64,000 nt of DNA from an uncultured delta proteobacterium (lineage in GTDB: Bacteria > Desulfobacterota > Binatia > UBA9968), in assembly GCA_963771465.1 (NCBI GenBank), contig CAVYTU010000011.1:128001-192000 (forward strand). The letters run 5' to 3'. Every line of letters starts with the position of its first letter. Position 1 is the stretch's first letter. Under the pieces are notes generated by a model that did no database searches, was not told the DNA's origin, and saw nothing but the letters and a program-made list of their open reading frames with translations. The position numbers were made by a program, and so were the translations under genes. This document shows, in pieces, positions 38,960-48,824 of the stretch.

Positions 38960-40027
38960 ATGAGAATCGAAAGAGTTGAAACCAAGAAGCTCGAGATGCC
39001 TTACACCAAGCCGCTGGTGACGGCGACGAATAATTTTACCGTCGCGCGGGGTTTGCTGGTTACGGTGGGCACCAGCGGCGGCGTGGAAGGTTATGGCTAT
39101 TCGGATTTGTTCCCGCGCGCGGGGGAAACGCCGGAGACGGCGCAGCATGTGATCGAATCGGTGTTGAAGTCGAAAGTGATCGGCAAAGAGTTGGAAGACT
39201 TGGCGCGGATTCGCGCGGACATCGATCATTTCCTAACCGGCCACCCGCGCGCCAAATCCGCGCTAGAGAGCGCTATGGTTGATGCTTTGGCGCGCAGTTA
39301 CCATATTCCTCTCAGCGTCATGTTCGGCGGCAAATATCGCGGCGAGATCAAGGTGATCAAGATGGTCAGCATCGGCGATCCCGACGCGATGGCTGAGGAA
39401 GCCAAGGAGTTGGTCAGCCAAGGATTGGCGTTAAAACTCAAAGTCAGCGGCAGCATCGATAGAGATCTGCCGCGTGTTGCTGCCGTGCGAAAAGCCGTCG
39501 GCGACAGCGTCTTTATCAAGATTGACGCCAATGAAGCCTATGACGCCAAGTCAGCGATCAAACTCGCCAAGGGATTGGCCGATCTCGGCGTCGAAGTCTT
39601 CGAACAACCGGTGCCGCGCGATCAATTTGACGCGCTCTGGGAAGTGAAAAAGCATTCGCCGATCAAGATCGAAGCGGACCAGTCGTGCCGCAACTTCGCC
39701 GACGCTCAAATGTTGATCAAGAATCGCATGGTCGATTCGATCAACACCGGCATTGCCAAAGTCGGCAGCATCGGCGAAGTGCGCCGCATCGCCGAGCTGT
39801 GCGAAGCGAATGGCATCCGCTGTGCGCTATCCAACACCGCGGGCAGCATGGTCGGCGACGCGGCGGCGGTGCATCTGGCGGCGAGCACGCCGGGAATTTC
39901 TCCGCTCTGTGAGCTGGGCGAGTTCGAAGTAATCACCGGCGATCCGTTTTTCGGCTTGACCGTCGACAAGGGCAGCATCACCGTTCCTGATGGGGAAGGG
40001 TTGGGAGTGAGTCTGAGGGGATTCTAA
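38960..40027 (+). CDS. Enolase superfamily enzyme (muconate cycloisomerase/dipeptide epimerase-like)
   Basis: KLK, IDANE, FEQP, EADQS metal and catalytic motifs. Confidence 0.88.
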   Translation: MRIERVETKKLEMPYTKPLVTATNNFTVARGLLVTVGTSGGVEGYGYSDLFPRAGETPETAQHVIESVLKSKVIGKELEDLARIRADIDHFLTGHPRAKSALESAMVDALARSYHIPLSVMFGGKYRGEIKVIKMVSIGDPDAMAEEAKELVSQGLALKLKVSGSIDRDLPRVAAVRKAVGDSVFIKIDANEAYDAKSAIKLAKGLADLGVEVFEQPVPRDQFDALWEVKKHSPIKIEADQSCRNFADAQMLIKNRMVDSINTGIAKVGSIGEVRRIAELCEANGIRCALSNTAGSMVGDAAAVHLAASTPGISPLCELGEFEVITGDPFFGLTVDKGSITVPDGEGLGVSLRGF

Positions 40028-40028
40028 A

Positions 40029-40060
40029 AAGGATAAAGGCAAAAGGATGAAGGATGAAGG
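40029..40060. repeat. AAGGATG heptamer tandem repeat
   Basis: aaggata aaggcaa aaggatg aaggatg aagg. Confidence 0.6.
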
Positions 40061-40082
40061 CTGTAATGAGTGGAGGTTTTGA

Positions 40083-40778
40083 ATGAGCTCAGCTTTTGCC
40101 GTGACGATGGATAAGATCGTTGCTGATTGTAATGATCGGCTTCTCTGGGTGCCGTTTTCGAAAGACCGACTGACCAAGGAAGCGGCGCGAGTCTTGATTC
40201 AGCAGTGGTCCAGTTTTACCCGCCATAGCCGACAGTGCTGGGCCCACGTGGTCGGCAACTGTCCGCATGTCGAAGTGCGCAAGTTCATCGTCACGGAAAA
40301 TTTGTATGAAGAAGAAGCCCAGGAAGGCCACTCGCATTTCGAGATACTTGCACGCATGGGCATGGCGTTGGGATTGACGCGCGACGAGATCGTCAACGCC
40401 AAGCCACTGCCGACGACGGTTGTGACGATGCGTTGCTGGGAGGCGTTGACCAAGGACCGCACGTGGTATGAAGGACTGGCCGCGAAATCGGTGCTCGAGC
40501 GCACCAACAATCCCAACTGCGGCAACTTCTCGCATCATCAAGCCGAGCACTGGATGCGCCAGTTGGGGCTTTCAAAAGACGATACCGAATTTTGGTGGAT
40601 GCACGATTCGGTCGATCAGATTCACGGCGATGGTTCGCTTAACTTGCTGGAAAAATTTTTGACTTCCGACGCCGAGAAGCAGGCGGCATTGCAAGCGGCG
40701 GAAGAGTCGATGATGGCGTGGCAGGTTTATTTCGACGGCTTCTACTATGAAGGCCTGCGCCAATCGGGAAAGGCTTGA
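40083..40778 (+). CDS. Heme-oxygenase-like diiron oxidase (HDO; CADD/PqqC/TenA fold)
   Basis: ENLYEEE...HSH, SVLE, HDSVDQIH give the E..H / E / HxxxDxxH ligand pattern. Confidence 0.8.
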   Translation: MSSAFAVTMDKIVADCNDRLLWVPFSKDRLTKEAARVLIQQWSSFTRHSRQCWAHVVGNCPHVEVRKFIVTENLYEEEAQEGHSHFEILARMGMALGLTRDEIVNAKPLPTTVVTMRCWEALTKDRTWYEGLAAKSVLERTNNPNCGNFSHHQAEHWMRQLGLSKDDTEFWWMHDSVDQIHGDGSLNLLEKFLTSDAEKQAALQAAEESMMAWQVYFDGFYYEGLRQSGKA

Positions 40779-40780
40779 CC

Positions 40781-41866
40781 ATGGCGAAAAAAACTTTGCA
40801 GCAATTCGACGAGGAACTGAAGCAACTGCACATCAGTGGCCAGTGGGTTTACGAAGGCTTGCTCACGGCTTGCATCGGCGGCCCGCGGCCGCGCGGCGAC
40901 GCATATCTTTGGCCGTGGAAGATGATCAGTGAAAAATTGCTCGAAGCTTGCGACGTGCTCGAAGAGAGTTTCACCGCGCGCCGCAGCCTGTTGTTCAACA
41001 ATCCGGCGCTGCCCATGGGCGGCACGACGCACACGCTATTGATGGGCATTCAAATGATCAAAGCCGGCGAGATCGCCTGGGCGCATCGCCACACTTTGGC
41101 GGCGGTCCGTTTCGTCATCAAAGGCGACGGCAAGGTCTTCACGGTCGTCAACGGCGAGAAATGTCCGATGGAGCCCAACGATTTGATTCTCACCCCGCAG
41201 TGGACCTGGCACGATCATCAGAACCCGACCACTGAAACCGCCATGTGGGTCGACGTGCTCGACGTGCCGTTTATGCTCGGCCTCAATCAGCCGTTCTATG
41301 AGCCCTATCCCGGCGACAAGCTGCAGGCGGTGCGAGAAAAACCGAGCGAGCATTTGCAGCAGCGCGCCGGTTGGGTGCGGCCGGCATGGGAAAATTCTCA
41401 GCGAGAAAATTTGCCGCTGCGCTACGCCTGGAAGGATATCGAGCCGCAATTGCGCGCCTTGGCCGATAGCGCCGGCAGCCCCTATGATGGTGTGGCGCTC
41501 GAATACATCAATCCGATGACCGGCGGCCCAACGTTGGCGACGCTCAGTTGTTGGATTCAACTCTTGCGTCCCGGCGAGCGCACCATGAAGCATCGCCATA
41601 CTTCGAGCGCGGTTTACTTCGTCGTCAGCGGCGAAGGCACGACCATCGTCGGCGATAAGCCTTTGGAATGGACAAAAAATGATTGCTTTGCCGTGCCCAA
41701 CTGGGCGTGGCATGAGCATATCAATCGCTCGAAGAGCGACGAGGCGCTATTATTTTCCGTCAACGATGCGCCCATCGTCAGCGCCTTTGGCCACTACCGC
41801 GAGGAGCCGGAAAATTCATTGCGAACGATGTCAATCCCAGCCGTGCCGGCAGCAGTGACAAAATAA
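40781..41866 (+). CDS. Gentisate 1,2-dioxygenase-like bicupin
   Basis: RRSLLFNNP, AHRHTLAAVRF, WTWHDH, YINPMTGG, HRHTSSAVY, WAWHEH. Confidence 0.88.
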   Translation: MAKKTLQQFDEELKQLHISGQWVYEGLLTACIGGPRPRGDAYLWPWKMISEKLLEACDVLEESFTARRSLLFNNPALPMGGTTHTLLMGIQMIKAGEIAWAHRHTLAAVRFVIKGDGKVFTVVNGEKCPMEPNDLILTPQWTWHDHQNPTTETAMWVDVLDVPFMLGLNQPFYEPYPGDKLQAVREKPSEHLQQRAGWVRPAWENSQRENLPLRYAWKDIEPQLRALADSAGSPYDGVALEYINPMTGGPTLATLSCWIQLLRPGERTMKHRHTSSAVYFVVSGEGTTIVGDKPLEWTKNDCFAVPNWAWHEHINRSKSDEALLFSVNDAPIVSAFGHYREEPENSLRTMSIPAVPAAVTK

Positions 41867-41869
41867 CTC

Positions 41870-41917
41870 TCGTTCAAGCCGTTCAAAACGTTTTGAACGG
41901 CTTGAACGATTTGAACC
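41870..41917. repeat. Perfect 40-bp palindrome of GTTCAA units plus one extra unit
   Basis: 41870..41909 tcgttcaagccgttcaaaac|gttttgaacggcttgaacga is self-complementary. Confidence 0.9.
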
Positions 41918-41945
41918 ATTGCACTGAAGTTAGCGAAAGGAACTT

Positions 41946-43373
41946 ATGGCGGACTTACGCACTGGTTAGATGAAGTAGATAAACTCGGTCAATTGATGAC
42001 CGTCGATAACGCCGACTGGGATCTCGAGTTGTCGACGTTGACCGAGCTCATCAACGAGCGCTCGAAAGTTCGCCCGGCGATCGTTTTCGATAAGATCAAA
42101 GGCTACCCGGAAGGCTATCGCGTCGCGGTGAATCTTTTATCGTCGTTGCAGCGGCTCGCCTTGACGCATGGGCATGGATCCAAAGATCGGCGAGTTCGAT
42201 TTCGTTCAGACGTGGCGCAAGCAGGTAAAAAACCTCCAGCCCATCGAGCCGCGCAAGGTCAAAAGCGCGCCGCTATTCGAGAACGTGCAAAAGGGCGCCG
42301 ACATCGATCTGTTAAAGTTTCCCGTGCCGCGTTGGCATGAGCTCGACGGCGGTCGCTATATCGGCACCGACGATCTGGTGGTCACGCGCGATCCTGAGGA
42401 GGGTTGGGTGAACGTCGGCACGTATCGGATCATGATCCACGGCCGCGATCACATGGGCCTGCATATGTCGCCGGGCAAACATGGCCGCGTCCACCGCGAC
42501 AAGAATCACGCCGAGGGTAAGGCGTTACCGATCGCGGTATCATTCGGTCATCATCCGATCAATTTTCTGGTCGCCTCCACCGACGTGCCGAACCGCGTCA
42601 ATGAATACGCTTACGCCGGCGGTATTACCGGCGCGCCGCTAGATGTCGTCGACGGACCGTTGACCGGTTTGCCCATTCCCGCCGACTCTGAGATCGCCAT
42701 CGAGGGCGAAGTGTTGCCTAATGATTTTATGCCCGAAGGACCGTTCGGTGAATGGACCGGTTACTACGCGAGTAATCAGCCCGCGGTACCGGTGATTCGC
42801 GTCAAGGCGGTCTATCATCGCAACGATCCGATCCTGTGCGGCTTCCCGCTGCTCAAACCTTCCAGCGGCGATAATCAGCATTTTTCTCTGATGCGCTCGG
42901 CGTTGATTTGGAACGCGCTCGACGAAGCCGGCGTGCCCGATGTGCAGGCGGTATGGGCGCATCCATCGGGCGGCCGCTTCATGACGGTATTGGCGATCAA
43001 GCAACGCTATCCCGGTCACGCGCGGCAAGCGGCGATGATCGCCAGCCAATGCCGTTCCGGCGCCTATCTCGGCCGCTACGTGATCGTCGTCGATGACGAT
43101 ATCGATATCACGAACACCGAGGAAGTGATCTGGGCGATCAGTTCGCGCTCCGACCCGGTAGAGTCCATTGAGATCCTGCGCCGCTGCTGGAGTGGTCCAC
43201 TCGACCCGCGCATCGCGCGGGATCAAGTAGGCTTCAGCTCGCGCGCGATCATCGACGCGACCCGGCCCTACGAGTGGCGCGACAAGTTCCCCAAGTCGAG
43301 CGGCGCCAGCCGGGAGTTGAAGGAAGACGTAGCGAAAAGGTGGAAAAATCTGTTGACGGAGAAAGTTGGCTAA
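41946..43373 (+). CDS. UbiD-family (prFMN) decarboxylase, two frameshifts
   Basis: MADLR start at 41946; frameshifts near 41960 and 42167; DGGRYIGT, NVGTYR, EGPFGEWTGYY, VVDDDID motifs. Confidence 0.85.
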
Positions 43374-44373
43374 CACCATGAAGCGGACGGAGATTGGATT
43401 AATGACGACGGCGCGACTTACTCTGCTTGGCTCAATGGCCCTATTGTTACTGAGCGCGAGCGTTTTTGCCCAGAGCGCGCCGGAGCGGATTCGCGTCAGT
43501 TACTCCAGCGGCGGGATGACGTCGATCGATTTGTTCATTGCCCGTGACCGGAAATACTTTCAGCAGCAGAATCTTAACGCGGAGCTGATTCGTGTGCCGG
43601 CCAACCTGGCGATCACCGCGGGCATCTCCGGCGATGTCGACGTGCTGGGCTCCATCGGCAGCGCGATCCGCTCGATTCAGCGCGGCACGCCGCTCAAAGT
43701 GATTTCCGTGACGCTGCGCCGGCCATTATTTTTTCTGGTGGCGCGCCCGGAGTACAAAAGCATCAAAGACTTGAAGGGCAAGACGCTCGGCATCGTCACC
43801 TTCGGCGGCAGCCAGCATACCACCGCCAAGCGGATGTTCTCGCTGCACGGCCTCAACGCTGACAAGGAATTGACTGCGATCCAAGTCGGCGAGGAATCGG
43901 TGCAGCTCCAGGCGCTGACGACCAATGCCATTCAAGTGGCCGCCATCAGTCCGCCCTACGCGCAGATCGCCAAAGAGAAATTCAACATGAATATTCTCGA
44001 AACCTCGACGGATAAGTTCGCCAGCATCCAAAACGGCGCGGCGGTGAACGTTAAAATGCTGCAAGAGAAACCTGACTTCCTAAAGCGCTTCCTGCGCGCG
44101 CGCTCGCAAGCGAACAAATATTTTCTCGAACGGGAGAAAGAGGCGAGCGAGTTGCTGGCGAACATCTGGAAGTCCGACTACAAGATCGCCAACGACAGTT
44201 ACCGCGCTTCCAAAGCGGCGTTCACCGGCAGCGGCATTCCGAGCGACGACGAGATCAAAGAATACTTGGCGCTGGACGCGCAAATCCTCGGCTTGCCCCA
44301 GCCGATGCCGGCGGCACAGGTTTTCGATTTCGCTTTGCAGCGGGAGATCAACAAAGAGTTGGGGATAAAATAA
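43366..44373 (+). CDS. ABC-type substrate-binding protein (NMT1/SsuA-like)
   Basis: Signal peptide, DLKGKTLG, QVFDF; true start probably 43378 or 43402. Confidence 0.85.
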   Translation: MANTMKRTEIGLMTTARLTLLGSMALLLLSASVFAQSAPERIRVSYSSGGMTSIDLFIARDRKYFQQQNLNAELIRVPANLAITAGISGDVDVLGSIGSAIRSIQRGTPLKVISVTLRRPLFFLVARPEYKSIKDLKGKTLGIVTFGGSQHTTAKRMFSLHGLNADKELTAIQVGEESVQLQALTTNAIQVAAISPPYAQIAKEKFNMNILETSTDKFASIQNGAAVNVKMLQEKPDFLKRFLRARSQANKYFLEREKEASELLANIWKSDYKIANDSYRASKAAFTGSGIPSDDEIKEYLALDAQILGLPQPMPAAQVFDFALQREINKELGIK

Positions 44374-44484
44374 GTTTACTTGTCATCCGAGAAATCCTGC
44401 GTCGTCGTTGGCCCCCGTACCGTTGACTTCCTCCTGCCGGGCACCCTATATGTTTAAGGACAATTTTCGGAGGATTCGACCGCA

Positions 44485-45510
44485 ATGAAATTTGGTTCGC
44501 ATTATTTACCCACTTACGTTGCCGATCTCGACGGGTCGGTGACGGAGTTTTACCACAAGATGTTTTCTCAAATGGAGGAAATGGATAGGCTTGACTACGA
44601 TCACATCTGGGTGACCGAACATCACTTCGCGCACTACGGCGGCGATCTGCCGCATCCACCGACGTTCATGTCGGCGATCGCGCGCACGACTAAAAAAATT
44701 CGCCTCGGCGTCGCGATCAACGTCTTGCCGCTGCATAACCCCATCGACATGGCCGAGTCCTATGCCATGGTCGATGTGATTTCCAACGGCCGGTTGGATT
44801 TCGGCGTCGGCAAAGGTAGCGAGGCGCACGAGTATAAGAAATATCGCGTCGACCAGAAGGAAGCGACCGGGCGCATGTATGAAGGCGTCGAGGTCATGCT
44901 GCAAGCGTGGTCGGATAAGCCGGTGAACTTTAAGGGGGAGTTCTTTAACTATGAAAACGTGCCGGTCTATCCCAAGCCAGTGCAGCGGCCGCACCCGCGC
45001 GTTTGGGTCGGCTGCGCGCGCACTGAAGATTCGTTTCGCTGGGCAGGAGAAAATAAGTTTAATCTAATGACGCTACCCTATCTCTATCGTGATCCGGCAG
45101 CGTTACCGGCGTTCGTTAAAATTTATCGCGACAATTTGGCTAAAGCCGGCCATGACGCCGGTAAAATGGATATTCTGGGAAAGTTCCATATTTACGTGTC
45201 GAGCAGTTTGGACAAAGCCATCGAAGAAGCGGCGCCTTACTTGGACAATTATCTCGAGGTTCACACCGCGGCGGATACCGATCGCAAGGAAGTGGGATTG
45301 CTGATTCAGCGCGATGCTAAAACTCAGATAGCCGAAGGCTTCGTGCTGGCCGGCGACCCGCAACGGGTCGCTGACACCATACGCAAATGGAGCGAACCCA
45401 ATGGGCTGACGACAATCTCCGGGACATTTCACTTCGGCGGCATGCCGCAGGAAATGGCGCTGAAAAACATTCGCTTGTTCGCCGAGAAAGTCATGCCGCA
45501 GTTCAAGTAA
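44485..45510 (+). CDS. LLM-class flavin-dependent oxidoreductase
   Basis: IWVTEHHF, SNGRLDFGVG, PKPVQRPHP motifs. Confidence 0.92.
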   Translation: MKFGSHYLPTYVADLDGSVTEFYHKMFSQMEEMDRLDYDHIWVTEHHFAHYGGDLPHPPTFMSAIARTTKKIRLGVAINVLPLHNPIDMAESYAMVDVISNGRLDFGVGKGSEAHEYKKYRVDQKEATGRMYEGVEVMLQAWSDKPVNFKGEFFNYENVPVYPKPVQRPHPRVWVGCARTEDSFRWAGENKFNLMTLPYLYRDPAALPAFVKIYRDNLAKAGHDAGKMDILGKFHIYVSSSLDKAIEEAAPYLDNYLEVHTAADTDRKEVGLLIQRDAKTQIAEGFVLAGDPQRVADTIRKWSEPNGLTTISGTFHFGGMPQEMALKNIRLFAEKVMPQFK

Positions 45511-45567
45511 GACGAGAATTCGGATTCGCAAGATTGGCCGCAAAGACGCAAAGAATCGGGACAAGTC

Positions 45568-45594
45568 GGGCGGGATTCATCCCGCCCTTTCTTT
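45568..45594 (+). terminator. Intrinsic terminator
   Basis: gggcggga-ttca-tcccgccc followed by tttcttt. Confidence 0.75.
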
Positions 45595-45669
45595 ATCCGT
45601 GGTCGGTTGGCAAGGTTTTAGAACTGTGGCATGAGTAGAAAACTTTTTTTGTATTTTTAAGGAGGCAGG

Positions 45670-46611
45670 ATGAAAGTTAAACCGAAACGTAAGCCGATCA
45701 AATGGCCCAACGGCGCGCGCATCGCGATTACGCCTTGCGTGGCGTTCGAAACTTGGCCTGAAGATCTCGGCGGCCCCAACACGTTGCAGCAGGAGAACCG
45801 GCGCAGCTTTCCCCGCAACGCTGAAACCAAGAGAAACTTGGCGATTATCACCGACCGCGAGTTTGGCGAACGAGTCGGCATCTACCGCATGCTCGAAGTA
45901 TTCGAAAAAGAAAAAATCCGCACGAGCTTTTTTCCGACCGGCATTACAGTGGAAAACTATCCGGAGATTTTCCAAGACGCGGCGCAGTATGGCCATGAGA
46001 TCGGCACGGAAACCTGGATACACGATTACAGCTACATGAAGAAGCGCGCCCAGGAGAAGCGCGATTTGCTGAAGACCGCTGCCGCGGTGAAAAAAGTCGT
46101 CGGTAAAGCACCGGTCGGATATCTCTCCACAGGCGTGGCGCCGAGCGCGTCGACGCCGGAAGTGATCTTGGAGTGCGGCTATACTTACTGGATGGATCCG
46201 CAGCATCAGGAGACGCCCTACACGCTCAAGGTCAAGAGCAAAGAGTTGACGGTGCTGTCCTATTTCCAGGATCTAAACGATTATTCGAGTTACCAGCGCG
46301 CCGGTAGAACGCCGCGCGATATGTTGCAGATGTGGAAAGACTGTTTCGATTGCCTGTACGAAGAAGGCGCGAGCGATCCCAAGTTCATGATGTGGGGTAA
46401 TCACCCGTTTGTCGGCGGCCGGCCGTTTCGCGCGTTGCTCTTGCGTGAGTTTATCCGTTACGCCAAGAAACATGGCAAGGTGTGGTTCGCCACGGCCGGC
46501 GAAGTGGCGCAATGGTATCGTGAAAACTACCACGACGCGCAGGTTGAAGAGTGGCCAAATTTCAACTTCGCAGGCAGGCGCGGCAAGGTCAGCGACCTGG
46601 CGAAGCTGTGA
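45670..46611 (+). CDS. Polysaccharide deacetylase/PuuE-like protein
   Basis: WPNGARIA, EFGERVGIYR, GHEI, LYEEG, HPFVGGRPFR, VWFATAGEVA. Confidence 0.85.
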   Translation: MKVKPKRKPIKWPNGARIAITPCVAFETWPEDLGGPNTLQQENRRSFPRNAETKRNLAIITDREFGERVGIYRMLEVFEKEKIRTSFFPTGITVENYPEIFQDAAQYGHEIGTETWIHDYSYMKKRAQEKRDLLKTAAAVKKVVGKAPVGYLSTGVAPSASTPEVILECGYTYWMDPQHQETPYTLKVKSKELTVLSYFQDLNDYSSYQRAGRTPRDMLQMWKDCFDCLYEEGASDPKFMMWGNHPFVGGRPFRALLLREFIRYAKKHGKVWFATAGEVAQWYRENYHDAQVEEWPNFNFAGRRGKVSDLAKL

Positions 46612-46624
46612 TGAAGGAGATTTA

Positions 46625-46696
46625 GCCGCAAACGACGCAAAGCCCGCAAAAGTCGGAGATCGTTCTCAAAGAGGCGCAGCTTGCTGCGCCTCTTTG
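46625..46696. terminator. CGCAAA tandem repeat plus perfect hairpin between convergent genes
   Basis: gccgcaaac gacgcaaag cccgcaaaa followed by caaagaggcgcagc-tt-gctgcgcctctttg. Confidence 0.65.
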
Positions 46697-46712
46697 CGTT
46701 TGTAGCGATTCG

Positions 46713-47654
46713 CTAGCGCGCCGGCAGGTAGGAAAAATCGAAGACCTGATTGGCGGGAATTTCTTTGGCGATGTTTTCAGTTTGGCGGGCGTCGCGGATG
46801 GTGTCGGCAATTAGAGTGGCGTCGACTTTGCCATCGGCGGTTTCTACTTGTTTGTGTTGGTCGTAGATCTTGGAAAGCAGATCTTCATCGTCGATGCGCA
46901 TGGCGCGCTTGAGTGTCGGCAACACTTTGGCCTTGTTGTCTTTGGCGAAGGCGCGGGCGCGGGTGAGGGCGCGGATGAGGCGGCGGACTTGTTCCGGGGC
47001 GCGCTCGAGGGTTTCTCCTAAGGTTGCCAGCCCGGTGCTGGGCAGACGGACGAAGTTGCCGGAGAAACCTAAGTTGTTCAGTCCTTCGCGATAGGCGAGA
47101 AAATTGTACGGCGGATTGAGCAAGGCCGCGGCGATGCGGCTGGTCTTGAGAGCGGCGATCATCGCGCTCTGTCCAGGGATCGTTATGGTAGTGACTTGGT
47201 TGGGATCGATTTTCGACTGGGTGAGAATGCGGCGCATGATGATATCTTGCAAGCCGCCGCGCGATGAGAGCGCAAGCACTTTTCCTTTTACGTCAGCAAT
47301 CGATCCGATGCCCGGTGCACCGACGAGATCCTGCAGCGGCCGATCGACGAACAGCATGACCGTGCGCACATTGATGCCGCGGATGGCGGCGGCGACCGCG
47401 GAGCCAATGGTCGCGGCGTATTGGATATCTCCGGCGAGCAGCACTTTGATGTTGAGCGATGCGGGCATGACGACCATCTCGGCGGTTAGTCCTTCCTGTT
47501 GAAAGAAACCATGTTCTTTGGCGACGAAAAACGGCATGGCGGTGATGGTCACCGACGGCAGGCCGATTTTGATGTTTTCGGCGCGGGCGGAGGATAGGAT
47601 CGCTCCGATGAATAGGACGGATGAAACAAAGCTGAAGAGAAGTCTAAACTGCAT
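46713..47654 (-). CDS. ABC-type substrate-binding protein (NMT1/SsuA-like)
   Basis: Signal peptide; VAKEHGFFQQEGL, DVKGK, QVFDFS. Confidence 0.85.
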   Translation of the reverse strand: MQFRLLFSFVSSVLFIGAILSSARAENIKIGLPSVTITAMPFFVAKEHGFFQQEGLTAEMVVMPASLNIKVLLAGDIQYAATIGSAVAAAIRGINVRTVMLFVDRPLQDLVGAPGIGSIADVKGKVLALSSRGGLQDIIMRRILTQSKIDPNQVTTITIPGQSAMIAALKTSRIAAALLNPPYNFLAYREGLNNLGFSGNFVRLPSTGLATLGETLERAPEQVRRLIRALTRARAFAKDNKAKVLPTLKRAMRIDDEDLLSKIYDQHKQVETADGKVDATLIADTIRDARQTENIAKEIPANQVFDFSYLPAR

Positions 47655-47666
47655 GTCGGCCTCTTT

Positions 47667-48764
47667 TCAGTCCAGCGGGTAAAGTTTACGCGCGTTGTCG
47701 TTGAGGATCTTGCGTTTGGTCGCGGCGCTCAGTTTCGAATGATCGACGATGGGCTCGGAGGCGCCGGGCCAGCGGCTGTCGAAGTGGCTGTAGTCGGAAG
47801 CGAAGACCAGCCAATCGTCGCCGAAAATCTCGACGACGTGAGCCAGCTCGTTTTCATCGGCCTCGAAGGAAAAATAGAGCTGGCCGCGTTCCAGCAACTT
47901 GCTCGGTTTAGATTTCAAAGCGGGCGTTTGGACGCCCAAGACTTCGTAATGCTCATCCATGCGGTGAAACCAGTAGGGCAGCCAACCGCAACCGGATTCT
48001 AAAAACACGAAGCGCAGTTTGGGAAAGCGGTCGAGCACGCCTTCGCCGAGGATGACCGAGAGCGCGATCATCTGCTCGAAGGGGTGGCCGAACAGGTGCG
48101 AATAAAAAAACTTGTCGACGCGCTCGGTACCGGTGGCATCCGAGCCGTAGCGGCCTAGGAACATATGGACGCAGATGGGCACGTTGAGCTTCTCGGCTTC
48201 GGCATAGAGTGGAAAATAGTAGGGATCGCCGAGATGGCGTCCCTTTAGATTGGGAAAAACCGAGGCGCCGACCATGCCGAGTTCTTTGACGCAACGGCGC
48301 AATTCGATAACGCTCGCATCGATGTCTTGCTGCGCCAAAGCAACAGTGCCTTTGATTCGTTTTGGGTCCTCGGCGCAATACTCGGCCAACCAAGTATTGC
48401 GTGCGGTGGCAAGCGCGGCGGCGAGTCCGGCATCTTCTAATGCGGGCAGCGTTCCCGCCAAGCCGGCGCCAAAAAGCACGGCGACGTCGATCTTTTCGGT
48501 GTCCATGTCGACCAGGCGCGCTTTCGGATCGGTCATGCCGGGACGGCGCGGGTGCGGCCGGCTGTACGGGCCGCCGACGCCGATGCCGAGTCCGTCGGGA
48601 CGCGGCCAGGCTTTTCCCTCGATGATCGTTCGCAATTGGCCGTTGCCGCTGTCGCGCCGCTCCGGCGCTTGGCTTTTATACTTATCCGGCAAGCGCGCTT
48701 TCCAGTCGATGTGATTTTCTTCTAAGTGGCCGTCGGCGTCGATGGTACCGAATAAGTTCGCCAT
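47667..48764 (-). CDS. Amidohydrolase_2-family protein
   Basis: IDADGH, ICVH, LESGCGW, FASDYSHFD; likely start 48764. Confidence 0.9.
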   Translation of the reverse strand: MANLFGTIDADGHLEENHIDWKARLPDKYKSQAPERRDSGNGQLRTIIEGKAWPRPDGLGIGVGGPYSRPHPRRPGMTDPKARLVDMDTEKIDVAVLFGAGLAGTLPALEDAGLAAALATARNTWLAEYCAEDPKRIKGTVALAQQDIDASVIELRRCVKELGMVGASVFPNLKGRHLGDPYYFPLYAEAEKLNVPICVHMFLGRYGSDATGTERVDKFFYSHLFGHPFEQMIALSVILGEGVLDRFPKLRFVFLESGCGWLPYWFHRMDEHYEVLGVQTPALKSKPSKLLERGQLYFSFEADENELAHVVEIFGDDWLVFASDYSHFDSRWPGASEPIVDHSKLSAATKRKILNDNARKLYPLD

Positions 48765-48789
48765 GATCATCCTCGCTGCGCTCGACGGC

Positions 48790-48819
48790 ATTTGCAGATT
48801 ACAAATTCCAGATTGCAAA
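48790..48819. repeat. Heptamer tandem repeat (GATTNCA-like)
   Basis: atttgca gattaca aattcca gattgca; similar to 59616..59695. Confidence 0.55.
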
Positions 48820-48824
48820 ACTAA

